Below, in pieces: positions 1-9,689 of a stretch of 64,000 bases of DNA; the first letter of the stretch is position 1, and every line of letters begins with the position of its first letter. The translations under genes were made by a program, and so were the position numbers. The notes beneath the pieces are model-generated. The model made no database searches. It had not been told where the DNA came from and worked only from the letters and a program-made list of their open reading frames with translations. Source of the DNA: a virus. The stretch lies in IMG/VR virus record IMGVR_UViG_3300020463_000007, positions 91,566 through 155,565 of that record; one strand, given 5' to 3'.

Positions 1-325
1 CAAACTGTTCTTTTGCCTCTATGTAACTTAATACGCCTCTGCTTGGACAATAATGTAAAATTTCTCTAGTAAAGCTGTCTTTGCCTAGTTTAAGCACATC
101 TGCATTCAAATGATCTGAAGATCCCCAATAGTCTCTCCAATCACTTTCTTTATATCCGCGCCTTTTATTAATCTTGCCTTTGAGTGGTGGCTTACTTGTC
201 TTAAATTTTGCTAATTTTTTGCCTATGTACTTTCGATTATTAGTGAGATTGGTTATTAAATATACAAAACCTTCGCAATCACTTGGTAATTCTTCTACTT
301 CGTCTCCTCGATAAGTCCATTGCAT
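1..325 (-). CDS. GIY-YIG family nuclease-like protein (Seg-like), runs off the window edge
   Basis: Not in the ORF track. Manual translation from ATG at 325 gives MQWTYRGDEVEELPSDCEGFVYLITNLTNNRKYIGKK...DWRDYWGSS...FTREIL, with a GFVY-x(10)-YIG motif, open to position 1. Confidence 0.7.
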   Translation of the reverse strand, partial: MQWTYRGDEVEELPSDCEGFVYLITNLTNNRKYIGKKLAKFKTSKPPLKGKINKRRGYKESDWRDYWGSSDHLNADVLKLGKDSFTREILHYCPSRGVLSYIEAKEQF

Positions 326-543
326 TCTGTACTTACCTGAGGGTCTATATCTTGCTGGTCTTTTTTGGCTTTGAATGTATAATGTATCTCTTCCATACGT
401 TCTTTAGCCAAAGATCTTATTTCACGAAGCCATCGTCTACTGCTTGCATGCGTTCTATGTGAGCATCTAGCTTCAAATGCTTCATTAGCTTTATAGTATT
501 CTAAATATGCTTTTGTTAATTTATCATGAATATCATCTGACAT
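295..543 (-). CDS. Small basic helical hypothetical protein (weak resemblance to Hc1-like DNA-binding proteins)
   Basis: 82-aa ORF with a GGAG RBS directly after gp46; basic helix SRRWLREIRSLAKERM. Confidence 0.55.
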   Translation of the reverse strand: MSDDIHDKLTKAYLEYYKANEAFEARCSHRTHASSRRWLREIRSLAKERMEEIHYTFKAKKDQQDIDPQVSTECNGLIEETK

Positions 544-551
544 TTCTCCAC

Positions 552-2324
552 CTACTCTACAATTTCAACATCATTTGCATAACTTGTAAAGCCGTTTTCT
601 TTTACAACTCTTAGTACAGTATTCACACGACCTACAAGTTCATCTTTATGTGAGATGAGATAAACATTTTTTTCACCTTCACGTCCCATTTTCTTAAGTA
701 CAGCTAGTGATCCTTCTACACCAGCAGTATCCATACCACTATCAATTAGCTCATCTATAAACAGTAAGTTAATCTTTTGATATAAACTTTCCCAAACATC
801 ACGGAAAGCAAAGCTCATACCTAATATTAATCTGTTTCTTTCACCCCTACTTAGATTATCAAAGTCTAAATCTTGTCCTAGCTGTGTAATTTCTACATTT
901 AAATCATTTTGAAACACAACTTGATGCGGAAGACCAAGTTTATCTAAGAAGTAAGTGAGTCTATTATTTAGATATGCTAAATTTTGGTCGATAATCTTTT
1001 TACGTATGAAACTATCTTTGTTTGTGAGCAGTTTTAACAAGAATTCTTGATGTTCTTTGAAGTTGTCTAGTCTATTTACAGCTTCCCAGTTTATTTCTTG
1101 TATAGCACTACTGTTTAATTCGTCAATCTGTTTTTGATAAGGATCAATCTCTTCTTGTTTACTGACCAATGACTGTTTTAAAGTCTCAACATTCTGTCTA
1201 TGTTCATATGCTTCTTTAGCTGTTTCATAAAATGTATTTGGCTTACCGTTTATATCACCAATTTCATCAAGAGACTTCATAACATCTGAACATTTTACTT
1301 TTATTTCATCTGCGTATGCTTTTGCATCTTCAAGTTCTTTGTTTTTCTTTTCTAATATTTCATCTTTTTTGTCAGCCTGTAAAGATTGACCACAAGTATA
1401 GCAAGTAGCATTATCTAAATCTGTTATATCTTTAGCAACTGCATCAACTGATCTGTCTGCACGTTGTAGTGCTGGCTCTAGTGTAGCTAATTCTTTCTTA
1501 AGTCCTGTGATCTGATTATTATGTTCGTTCCATGCACCTAGTTTTTCATGTGACTCAAGTTCAGTATCAATATCTAAATGTTCCAGTTCAGTAATACTAC
1601 TTTCTAGTTTTTTAACATCTTGATCTTTTTTTGCAAGCCAAGCACGTTGGGTGCCTTGTAAATTTTCTATAGTAGAATTAATTTTTTCATTAGCAGTTTG
1701 TATTGCTTCAATTTTTAATGTTTCTTCAGTAATTAATTCTCTTGTTTTTTTAATTTGTTCTTTTAAAGACTCTGCCTTTTCAGATAGTATTGTTATTCCA
1801 AGTAGTTGTTCAATTATTGCACGTTGATCATTTTGTTTCATAGCAAGGAAAGGCTCAGTATATGTGTTTAGTGCAACAATATGTTTGAACATGTCGTGAC
1901 TCATATCTAACAAGTCATTAATAAACTCTTGAGTTTTACGTGAATCACCTTGCGACTCGTCTGTCATTTCTTGTTCTTCGTTATTCACATAAAATTTTAA
2001 TAAATTAGGACTACGTCCTCGTTCAATTCTGTAATCAACTCCGTTCTTTTCAAAATGTAGTGTAACTAACATTCCTTTGCTGTTAGTTTTGTTAATTAAA
2101 TTGTTTCTTCTTATGTTTGTTAGTGCTTGTCCAAATAATGCATAGCTTAAGGCATTAATGATAGTAGTTTTTCCAGTTCCGTTACGTGAACCACTGTCAT
2201 CACCTCCTTGATCTAAGTTTTCACCAAGCACTAGAGTAAGTTGATCTTGATTAAAATCAACAGCCTGAGTCTGGTTACCCACACTCATAAAGTTTTTTAC
2301 GGTTAAGTCTTTAATTTCTATCAT
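552..2324 (-). CDS. gp46: Recombination endonuclease ATPase subunit (T4 gp46 / SbcC / Rad50 family)
   Basis: Walker A GSRNGTGKT, central coiled coil with zinc hook CYTC, signature LSRGE, Walker B LLFIDE, H-loop ISH. Confidence 0.95.
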   Translation of the reverse strand: MIEIKDLTVKNFMSVGNQTQAVDFNQDQLTLVLGENLDQGGDDSGSRNGTGKTTIINALSYALFGQALTNIRRNNLINKTNSKGMLVTLHFEKNGVDYRIERGRSPNLLKFYVNNEEQEMTDESQGDSRKTQEFINDLLDMSHDMFKHIVALNTYTEPFLAMKQNDQRAIIEQLLGITILSEKAESLKEQIKKTRELITEETLKIEAIQTANEKINSTIENLQGTQRAWLAKKDQDVKKLESSITELEHLDIDTELESHEKLGAWNEHNNQITGLKKELATLEPALQRADRSVDAVAKDITDLDNATCYTCGQSLQADKKDEILEKKNKELEDAKAYADEIKVKCSDVMKSLDEIGDINGKPNTFYETAKEAYEHRQNVETLKQSLVSKQEEIDPYQKQIDELNSSAIQEINWEAVNRLDNFKEHQEFLLKLLTNKDSFIRKKIIDQNLAYLNNRLTYFLDKLGLPHQVVFQNDLNVEITQLGQDLDFDNLSRGERNRLILGMSFAFRDVWESLYQKINLLFIDELIDSGMDTAGVEGSLAVLKKMGREGEKNVYLISHKDELVGRVNTVLRVVKENGFTSYANDVEIVE

Positions 2325-3331
2325 AGGTCGTTGTAAATATCCATAAGTGTCTTTTTGTTAAATTGATCGGAGTCAATTGCTGAAATCTCACCAGCAACTA
2401 TTTGGTCAACTGATTCAAATTGTTGTATATCTAGTTCAGTAGATATTTCTTCAATTTGTTTTTGTGGAATTAATGAAATTTCTCTGCATTTATGTTGATT
2501 AATAAAAGTTTCTTTTATAAAACTGGCTTCTTCATAGCTGATCGGTACATCTATAGTAACTCTAAGATACATTTTACTTTTAATAATGTCTTGTTTAGGA
2601 TCTAATAGTTTACTTAGTGTAGTCGTTCTATACTTAGGACAGTCTTCCCAGTTTATATATTCAGGCTCTTTGTTGTTTTCTCTGTCAAGAATCATCATGC
2701 CACGTTTGTCGTCCCAAGCATCTGCATAATTATGTGGAAAAGCATTTCCTAAGTAATGGATTTTTCCTTGTTGCTGTCTTTTATGGAAGTGTCCGCTAAA
2801 CACGTATTCTTGATGTTTGAAATGTTCTGCTTTAAGTTCGCCTGTGTCGGGCATTTGAACCATTGCGTTCATATAAAAACTCGGTAATTCAAAATGACCA
2901 AACATATATTTGCTTTTTATGTCTTTAATCTTTTTCCATTCTTCTCCTACTAACCAAGGTACTAAAGTAACATCTTCTTGTGTTGTAATTTCATCAATAA
3001 AAGTGATACCTGGAATATGTTTTGCAAAGGCAGTTGAATTCACATCTCGTTTATCTTTATAATATAAATCATGGTTACCATCAAAAAAGAAAAACTGTTC
3101 AAACGCTGCGCCAAGTTTTTCCATACTACGAATAGTTGCATCCATAGTGGTAAGATTCAAACTATTTCTATTATGATGCCAATCGCCACAAAAGATTCCT
3201 GTTTCACAATTATTTTCTTTTGCATTCTGTATAAACCAATCTACAAATTGCTCACAGTCATCATTATGTACTTTTGAATTGCCTTTTAATCCCAGATGGA
3301 TGTCAGTAAAGACTGCTGCTTTCTTGAACAA
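2321..3331 (-). CDS. gp47: Recombination endonuclease nuclease subunit (T4 gp47 / SbcD / Mre11 family)
   Basis: Metallophosphoesterase motifs TDIHLG, GDWHH, GNHD, GHF, SGHFH. TTG start with AGGAG RBS; overlaps gp46. Confidence 0.95.
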   Translation of the reverse strand: MFKKAAVFTDIHLGLKGNSKVHNDDCEQFVDWFIQNAKENNCETGIFCGDWHHNRNSLNLTTMDATIRSMEKLGAAFEQFFFFDGNHDLYYKDKRDVNSTAFAKHIPGITFIDEITTQEDVTLVPWLVGEEWKKIKDIKSKYMFGHFELPSFYMNAMVQMPDTGELKAEHFKHQEYVFSGHFHKRQQQGKIHYLGNAFPHNYADAWDDKRGMMILDRENNKEPEYINWEDCPKYRTTTLSKLLDPKQDIIKSKMYLRVTIDVPISYEEASFIKETFINQHKCREISLIPQKQIEEISTELDIQQFESVDQIVAGEISAIDSDQFNKKTLMDIYNDL

Positions 3332-3357
3332 ATATTACTCCTTATATTTCCTGTATT

Positions 3358-3386
3358 ATTATAAAGTCTTATGTATAAAAAGTCAA
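3358..3386 (-). promoter_or_regulatory. sigma70-type promoter for gp47-gp46
   Basis: Minus strand TTGACT (3386-3381), 17-bp spacer, TATAAT (3363-3358). Confidence 0.8.
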
Positions 3387-3389
3387 CAA

Positions 3390-4223
3390 TTAGTTTTGTT
3401 TAGCCCTTGCTTCGGCTTCCCTTTTCATATAACTTTCCCATTCACCTGCATGTTGTCTAGTGTAACTTGGATCCATACCGTTTTGTTCTAAAATATCATC
3501 TCTGATATTTTGATTGCGTTTTTCCAAATTTATTACTCTTACAAAACTGTTTGTTACAGCCGCAGTATAGTATGCAAATGGATTATTTGATTTTGATTCG
3601 TCAAATTGTAAACCAATTTGTGCTAATTGTAGGATTGCTTGACCTTTCATTTCATCATTATATGTATATCCTCGAACATTTCCTCTCGTAGCGTATCTTT
3701 CGCATAGTTTGATCCACATATTAGCTAGTTTGGGAGTAGCTTGTCCTTCTGTTTTGGAAAAATAGCCGTTTTCCATTCCCCCAACCCAATGACTTTTACC
3801 TATACAAATTAAATCATCGTGTTCGTTAAATTTCCAATGTTGGAATGGAGGAAAATTTAGTTTTACTCTTGTGTCTGCTATTGTTTTAGGATTTTTCTTC
3901 CTGCCTTTTTCTTCTGGAATATGATCGAACGTCATTATTCTAAAAATAAGTTCTTGTTTTGTAATTTTCTTATAATCAACCTCACATTCGGCTAGTTTTA
4001 CTTTTATTCCTTGTGCTTTTTTGCTATCATAGTCTTGTAATCCTAGTCTTTTTGCTTTATTTCTTTTTGCTTCAGCAATAGTTCTAATATTAATCCTTTC
4101 CAAACTTGGAAGAATTATATCAAATTGATTGTATGAGTCGTCAGTAAAGCTACTAAATGTGCTTTTTGACTTATGTATTTCGGATAATATATCCTTGTTG
4201 TTTAAGTAGTTAATTTTTTTCAT
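3390..4223 (-). CDS. gp55: Late-transcription sigma factor (T4 gp55-like)
   Basis: N-terminal NYLNNKDIL, then RGYTYNDEM and FDESKSNNPFAYYT motifs typical of gp55 homologues; T4-like synteny with gp47/gp46. Confidence 0.8.
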   Translation of the reverse strand: MKKINYLNNKDILSEIHKSKSTFSSFTDDSYNQFDIILPSLERINIRTIAEAKRNKAKRLGLQDYDSKKAQGIKVKLAECEVDYKKITKQELIFRIMTFDHIPEEKGRKKNPKTIADTRVKLNFPPFQHWKFNEHDDLICIGKSHWVGGMENGYFSKTEGQATPKLANMWIKLCERYATRGNVRGYTYNDEMKGQAILQLAQIGLQFDESKSNNPFAYYTAAVTNSFVRVINLEKRNQNIRDDILEQNGMDPSYTRQHAGEWESYMKREAEARAKQN

Positions 4224-4244
4224 CTTTACTCCAAGTTATATTCT

Positions 4245-4273
4245 ATTATAATGTATGTAGTTAATTTTGTCAA
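4245..4273 (-). promoter_or_regulatory. sigma70-type promoter for the gp55-like gene
   Basis: Minus strand TTGACA (4273-4268), 17-bp spacer, TATAAT (4250-4245); perfect consensus. Confidence 0.85.
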
Positions 4274-4274
4274 C

Positions 4275-4280
4275 TAAATA
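4275..4280 (+). promoter_or_regulatory. Putative T4-like late promoter core (TAAATA) for the baseplate operon
   Basis: CTAAATA 22 nt before the ATG at 4303, followed by AGGAG; resembles the T4 late TATAAATA box. Confidence 0.6.
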
Positions 4281-4302
4281 ATGTATAGGAGTTACCAAAA
4301 AT

Positions 4303-5151
4303 ATGGCAACAAGATTTTCAAGTATACGTAACGCATTAGCCACAGATAGTGGACAGCTAGCCAACGCCGCTGCAAGTGTATCTGCAACAGTTGGTTCAGA
4401 AGCGTTAAATGTAGGCAAAGGCGTACTGGGCGGAGCAGTCCAACGTGCTACAGATTTTTTATCAGATACAGGTTTTGGCAAAGCGGCTAGAGCAGTAAAT
4501 TTATTAGCAGGAGCAAATCCATTAGCAAAGGGTATTGTAGGTGCAACGTTTGGCACTTCCTCTGAATATGATTGGCGTGTCAAATTAAGTATTCCTCAGA
4601 CAATGGCAAGCAGTCCTTTATTAGCACCTTTAACTGAAACCGGCGGTCTAGTATTTCCATATACTCCACAAATTATGATGCAACATGATGCTGCATATCA
4701 AGCTGTAACACCTGTACATAGTAATTATCCGTATTTTGCATATCAGAACTCAGATCCGAAAGCAATGGTTGTAACTGGACATTTTATGATAGAAAATAGT
4801 TTGGAAGGACTTTACTGGGTAGCGGCTGTGCATTATTTGCGTTCTGTAACCAAAATGGCATACGGTGATACAAGTAATCAAGGTTCTCCACCACCGCTTG
4901 TAAAACTTACAGGTTATGGCGATTATGTTTTACCTAAAGTTCCTGTAATTATTACAAACTTTACTGTAAACTTAGAACCAGATGTTGATTACATGAAGGT
5001 TGACATCGGACCACAAGGATCATGGGTGCCTACTTCAAGTATGATATCAGTTACATGTCAACCAATTTACAGCAGACGCAAAGTTGCAAGATTTAGCCTA
5101 GATGATTTTGTAAATGGCGGAAGCCTTGTAGACGGAGATGGATTTATTTAA
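4303..5151 (+). CDS. Baseplate/tail-tube initiator-like structural protein
   Basis: First gene of the baseplate operon. GLVFPYTP and GSPPPLVKLTGYG...PVIITNF motifs suggest a tube-protein-type fold. Confidence 0.55.
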   Translation: MATRFSSIRNALATDSGQLANAAASVSATVGSEALNVGKGVLGGAVQRATDFLSDTGFGKAARAVNLLAGANPLAKGIVGATFGTSSEYDWRVKLSIPQTMASSPLLAPLTETGGLVFPYTPQIMMQHDAAYQAVTPVHSNYPYFAYQNSDPKAMVVTGHFMIENSLEGLYWVAAVHYLRSVTKMAYGDTSNQGSPPPLVKLTGYGDYVLPKVPVIITNFTVNLEPDVDYMKVDIGPQGSWVPTSSMISVTCQPIYSRRKVARFSLDDFVNGGSLVDGDGFI

Positions 5152-5453
5152 TGGCTACTTATGATAATAACAGTCCTTATGCTAATACTGAAGTAGTTAA
5201 TGGGCAATATTTAGATATTCTAAGTATTAGACCAGTACCAGCATATGATGATGACATTTTATATACTATTGAATCGCAATACCAATATCGTCCAGATCTT
5301 TTAGCCTATGATCTTTATGGATCAACAAAATTATGGTGGGTGTTTGCCCAGCGTAATATGAATGTTATAAAAGATCCTGTATACGATATGCAAACAGGCA
5401 CAAAAATTTATTTGCCACAAGGAGCAAAACTTACAGAAGTATTAGGAGGGTAA
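5151..5453 (+). CDS. Baseplate wedge protein (gp53-like, LysM-like)
   Basis: YRPDLLAYDLYGSTKLWWVFAQRN motif characteristic of gp53/LysM baseplate proteins. Confidence 0.75.
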   Translation: MATYDNNSPYANTEVVNGQYLDILSIRPVPAYDDDILYTIESQYQYRPDLLAYDLYGSTKLWWVFAQRNMNVIKDPVYDMQTGTKIYLPQGAKLTEVLGG

Positions 5454-7895
5454 ATGGATCCTTTATTAAAAATATCTCCAAATATTGATATTAACGGACT
5501 TAATAGTGCAGTTGAAGGATCTGTTAATGAAATCAAAGGTGCAATAACCTCGTTATCAAAAACAGTTCCAACAGTAGCAACTTCTTTATTAGGTGCAACT
5601 TTAATAGAAGAACGTTTTAAAACATTGATTCCTAGAGGTGTTGGAGCTCCCCCTTGGTCTAACGCATTAGAACCTTATGCAAGTGTAAATTATATATGGA
5701 CATTATCCTGTTTGACTGTAGATGAATTAAATCGTCCAGATGCAACATACAGGCGGTATGGACCAAAAAAAATTATTTGTAGATCAGGAGGTTCAGGAGC
5801 TGCCAAAGTTAAAACAGCATCTGAACTTGCTCTTGGTGGAGTTGAATTTTATATAGACGATGTTGAAGTTAAAACAGTTGTTACACACAATAAAGGAACA
5901 AAACAAGCAGATGCTATAAACGGATCTTTCAAAATATTTGAACCTTATAGTATGGGATTATTTTATGAAACATTACAAATTGGTGCTCTTAGTTGCGGAT
6001 ACAAAAACTACATAGATGCACCTTTCATGCTTACTTTACATTTCAAAGGATTTGATGATAACGGTAATGTGAGTTTAGTACCAGGGGCTACAAGATATTT
6101 CCCCATACATATTATAAACAGTACATTCAATGTAACCGAGCAAGGTAGTACATATGATGTAGCATATGTCAAGCATAACGATCAGTCATTTGGCGATAAT
6201 CAACAAGCAACAAAAAATGATTTAAACTTGTCTGGAAGAGATATACAGGAAGTATTACAAACAGGTGGTAAAAGTTTAACCAGTGTTTTAAATGAAAGAT
6301 TACTTAAAGGAAAAGAAGCAAAACAAGTTAGCAAAACAGATCAATATATAATTATGTTTCCAAAAAGTAGGAGCACAGCTAAAGAAGCAATTCTTGGAAA
6401 ACCTAGTGAAGAAGCTACAGGTGCTACAACTTCTACTCCTGCAGAAGGAGAGCTTAAAGATTTAAGTCAAGAAAGAAAACAACAAATTTTTGAAAGTATA
6501 GCTGGAATACAAGCAGGTGATGTACCTAAGAAGTTTGACGAAACAATTAATAAATTGTTGGGTGTTACAATTCAAAGATCAGAAGTAGGTGAGACAATAC
6601 GAAAATATGCAGAAAATCCAGAAAATATAAATGATATAGGAAAAGCAAAAATTGTAAAATCAAAAAATGATGCAGGAGCAAAACCGCAGACAGAACCTAA
6701 TGTTGCTACAATGAACAATGGCGTAGTTTGCAGAGCAAAATGTTCTATGCCTGAAACAACAAGAAGTTTTCAATTTAAGGCAGGAACAAAAATACAAGAT
6801 ATAATCGAAGAAATTATTATCGCAAGTGAATATGGTAGAGGTTTGAAAAAGAGACTAGAAAATACTGATAAAAATAATATGGTAGATTGGTTTAAAATTG
6901 AGTCTCAAGTGTTTGAAACAAACGATGCTGCTACAGTAGACTCAACAGGCAAGAATCCTAAAATTTTTGTTTACAGAATTGTGCCATATAAAGCTAATGC
7001 AGGAAGATTTGCGTCTCCAAGTAAAATTACACCAAAGATAGAAGATTTAAAATTACAAGCAGCCAAAGAATATAATTATATCTATACTGGAAAAAACAAA
7101 GATGTTTTAGATTTTGATATACAATTTAACAACGCATTTTTTGTAGGTATTGGTGCACAAAAAGGGCAAGCATCTAAAGATTCAAAAACTGGATCTCAAG
7201 GATCAGCTGTGGCAAAAGATAAAGAGTCGCCAAATAAACAAAATCCAGGAGATGCAAAAGTGTTACCTGCAGAAGGTATTTCAAAAGTAAATGAAAAAGC
7301 AAAGAAAGCAGTTACTCCCTCAGGCGGAGGAGGACAAGAATGGTCAGAAACACAAGTTGCAAGAGATTTCAATGAAGCTTTACTAGATAGTCCAGTTGAT
7401 TTAATTAAAGTTGATTTAAAAATTTGGGGTGATCCTTTTTGGCTTAATGATAGTGGCGCAGGAAATTACACCGCAGAACAAACAGACTTTATTAATATTA
7501 CAAAAGACGGTAGTATGGATTACCAAAGTTCTGAAATTGATTGTGTTTTAAATTTTAGAACTCCGTTTGATTTACCAAACGATGATGGATTTATGGTATT
7601 TGGGGGTAAAACAATTCCAACAAAAGCATTTAGCGGTTTGTATCAATGTATTGGAGTACAAAGTGAATTTAGTGGCGGAAAATTTGAACAAACACTTTCC
7701 TTAGTTAGACGTAGAAACCAAGAAGAACCTAAGAAATCTGAAAGTCCTGCTCAAAAAACTAAAACTGACAAAGGACTTGCAATTACAAATCCACCAGGAC
7801 TGAAAATTGAAAATCCACAACAAGCATCAAAATCACAGAATGCTCTTTATATTGAGGGTAATACTGAAAACCAAATTGATTCGGGAGGCTTTTAG
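5454..7895 (+). CDS. Baseplate hub protein (gp27/GPD-like)
   Basis: Lies between gp53-like and gp5-like genes. C-terminal LKIWGDP...SGLYQCIGVQSEFSGGKFEQTLSL hub-type motif. Confidence 0.55.
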   Translation: MDPLLKISPNIDINGLNSAVEGSVNEIKGAITSLSKTVPTVATSLLGATLIEERFKTLIPRGVGAPPWSNALEPYASVNYIWTLSCLTVDELNRPDATYRRYGPKKIICRSGGSGAAKVKTASELALGGVEFYIDDVEVKTVVTHNKGTKQADAINGSFKIFEPYSMGLFYETLQIGALSCGYKNYIDAPFMLTLHFKGFDDNGNVSLVPGATRYFPIHIINSTFNVTEQGSTYDVAYVKHNDQSFGDNQQATKNDLNLSGRDIQEVLQTGGKSLTSVLNERLLKGKEAKQVSKTDQYIIMFPKSRSTAKEAILGKPSEEATGATTSTPAEGELKDLSQERKQQIFESIAGIQAGDVPKKFDETINKLLGVTIQRSEVGETIRKYAENPENINDIGKAKIVKSKNDAGAKPQTEPNVATMNNGVVCRAKCSMPETTRSFQFKAGTKIQDIIEEIIIASEYGRGLKKRLENTDKNNMVDWFKIESQVFETNDAATVDSTGKNPKIFVYRIVPYKANAGRFASPSKITPKIEDLKLQAAKEYNYIYTGKNKDVLDFDIQFNNAFFVGIGAQKGQASKDSKTGSQGSAVAKDKESPNKQNPGDAKVLPAEGISKVNEKAKKAVTPSGGGGQEWSETQVARDFNEALLDSPVDLIKVDLKIWGDPFWLNDSGAGNYTAEQTDFINITKDGSMDYQSSEIDCVLNFRTPFDLPNDDGFMVFGGKTIPTKAFSGLYQCIGVQSEFSGGKFEQTLSLVRRRNQEEPKKSESPAQKTKTDKGLAITNPPGLKIENPQQASKSQNALYIEGNTENQIDSGGF

Positions 7896-7897
7896 TA

Positions 7898-9385
7898 ATG
7901 GCTGTAGAAACCAGAACCAGTAGTATTGATCTTAAAGGAGATCCCGGCCCGTTTTTAGCAAGGATTGTAAGCCATCTTGATACTACCTACATGGGCGGTT
8001 TAGAAGTTGAAATTCTAAAAACAACAGAAGAAGGCAACAATGCAGAAACTACTGGACAAACTGCTCAAGTAAAATATCTTCCAGGATTTTATGGCGTCAC
8101 ACCATTTAGTGCAAATAGTGATAATGAAGGATACAAGTATTCACAACAAAGTTATGGCATGTGGGCAGTACCACCTGATGTAGGAAACTTAGTTTTAGTC
8201 ATTTTTGTGGAAGGCAATATTTCAATGGGATATTGGTTAGGCTGTGTGCCTGATGAATTTATGAATTTTCAGATTCCAGGAAATCCGTCTACTACTTTTA
8301 ATGATAAAGATAAAACAAAAAATTTACCAGTAGGAGAATATAACAAAAAATTATCAAAACACAAAGGCCAAGATCCTACAAAATTTGTAAAACCAGTAAA
8401 CACAGATTTAGAAGCAAGGCTTACATCAGCAGGTTTAATAGATGATAACACTAGAGGATTAAATTCATCTAGTTCAAGAAGAGAATTGCCAAGTATGGTT
8501 TTTGGTTGGAACACACCTGGCCCTTACGATAGACGTCCAGGAGCACCAAAATACAAATATGGAAATAAAGGTTCACAAACACAAGTACCGTCATCACGAT
8601 TAGGGGGATCATCTTTTGTTATGGATGACGGCGATTCAAATTTTTTACGTAAAGGTTCCGCATCAACATCGGGTCCAGAGTATGCAAATGTAGAAAGTAT
8701 GGAAATGGGCGGAGACCCTACTATTCCACAAAATGAATTAGTACGTTTACAGACAAGAACTGGGCATCAAATTTTATTACATAATTCTGAAGATTTAATT
8801 TATATTGGAAATGCAAAAGGTACAACTTGGATAGAACTTACATCAAATGGTAAAATAGATATTTACGCAAAAGATAGCGTAAGTGTGCATACAGAGAATG
8901 ATTATAACATTACTGCTGATAGGGACATAAACTTTACAGCTGGCAGAGATATAAACTTTACAGCAACTACTGATATTAGACAAACAGCAGTAGCTGGCAA
9001 TTGGGAAATAATGGTAGGTAAAGATGGTAAGATTACATGTGGAGGTACAAGTAATATTACAAGTAAACATCATTTAGAAACAGCAGATAAAATTGATATG
9101 AACGGTCCGCCAGCAGCCAAAGCAGGATCAGCTAAAGTTCCAACAAGATCACCGCAGGCGGAACCTTGGGCAGGACACGAAAACTATCTTCCTAATGCAC
9201 ATACTCCAATTAACACTGATGCTAGATTAGCTATTGTTAATCCTGCAGGTTCAGCAAAAGGCACAACATCAACTACAGTAGCAGACACTAGAGCACAAGC
9301 AGAATTGAAAGCCGCTCAAAATGATACAATGAAAAAGAAATGTGCAGAAAAAGCACCTGGCTCTTCTGCAATGGGACCAACATAA
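7898..9385 (+). CDS. gp5: Baseplate central spike (gp5/VgrG-like), no lysozyme domain evident
   Basis: OB-fold motif SYGMWAVPPDVGNLVLVIFVEG, RTGHQILLH, beta-helix repeats ADRDINFTAGRDINFTA; followed by a PAAR gene. Confidence 0.8.
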   Translation: MAVETRTSSIDLKGDPGPFLARIVSHLDTTYMGGLEVEILKTTEEGNNAETTGQTAQVKYLPGFYGVTPFSANSDNEGYKYSQQSYGMWAVPPDVGNLVLVIFVEGNISMGYWLGCVPDEFMNFQIPGNPSTTFNDKDKTKNLPVGEYNKKLSKHKGQDPTKFVKPVNTDLEARLTSAGLIDDNTRGLNSSSSRRELPSMVFGWNTPGPYDRRPGAPKYKYGNKGSQTQVPSSRLGGSSFVMDDGDSNFLRKGSASTSGPEYANVESMEMGGDPTIPQNELVRLQTRTGHQILLHNSEDLIYIGNAKGTTWIELTSNGKIDIYAKDSVSVHTENDYNITADRDINFTAGRDINFTATTDIRQTAVAGNWEIMVGKDGKITCGGTSNITSKHHLETADKIDMNGPPAAKAGSAKVPTRSPQAEPWAGHENYLPNAHTPINTDARLAIVNPAGSAKGTTSTTVADTRAQAELKAAQNDTMKKKCAEKAPGSSAMGPT

Positions 9386-9672
9386 TGCCAGCTGTACATA
9401 GACAAGATGATGGAAGATCCTGTGGAGCGACAACTAATGTTGCCGGCCAAAGCAAAGTATATGCAAATAATAAATTAGTGTCAGTTCATGGTGATCCAAA
9501 CACACACGGAGGTGGAGGGTTAATAGCTGGCTCTAAGAATGTTTACATTAATAACTTACTTGTAGTTAATCACACACCAGATCAAGCAAACCCCGATAGC
9601 ATATGTCCTATACCACCACATTGTAATCCAGAAACAGCCGGAGGTTCACCTGATGTTTTTGTTGGTGATTAA
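9385..9672 (+). CDS. PAAR-repeat spike-tip protein (gp5.4-like)
   Basis: ATG at 9385 overlaps the gp5 stop (TAATG). MPAVHRQDD...CG...HGD...H...GSPDVFVGD PAAR pattern with His/Cys metal ligands. Confidence 0.85.
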   Translation: MPAVHRQDDGRSCGATTNVAGQSKVYANNKLVSVHGDPNTHGGGGLIAGSKNVYINNLLVVNHTPDQANPDSICPIPPHCNPETAGGSPDVFVGD

Positions 9673-9689
9673 AGCAAGGTAAATACGTT

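Noticed and set aside
4236-4583. 115-aa minus-strand ORF
   Set aside because: Antisense to the 4303 gene and runs across both promoters.
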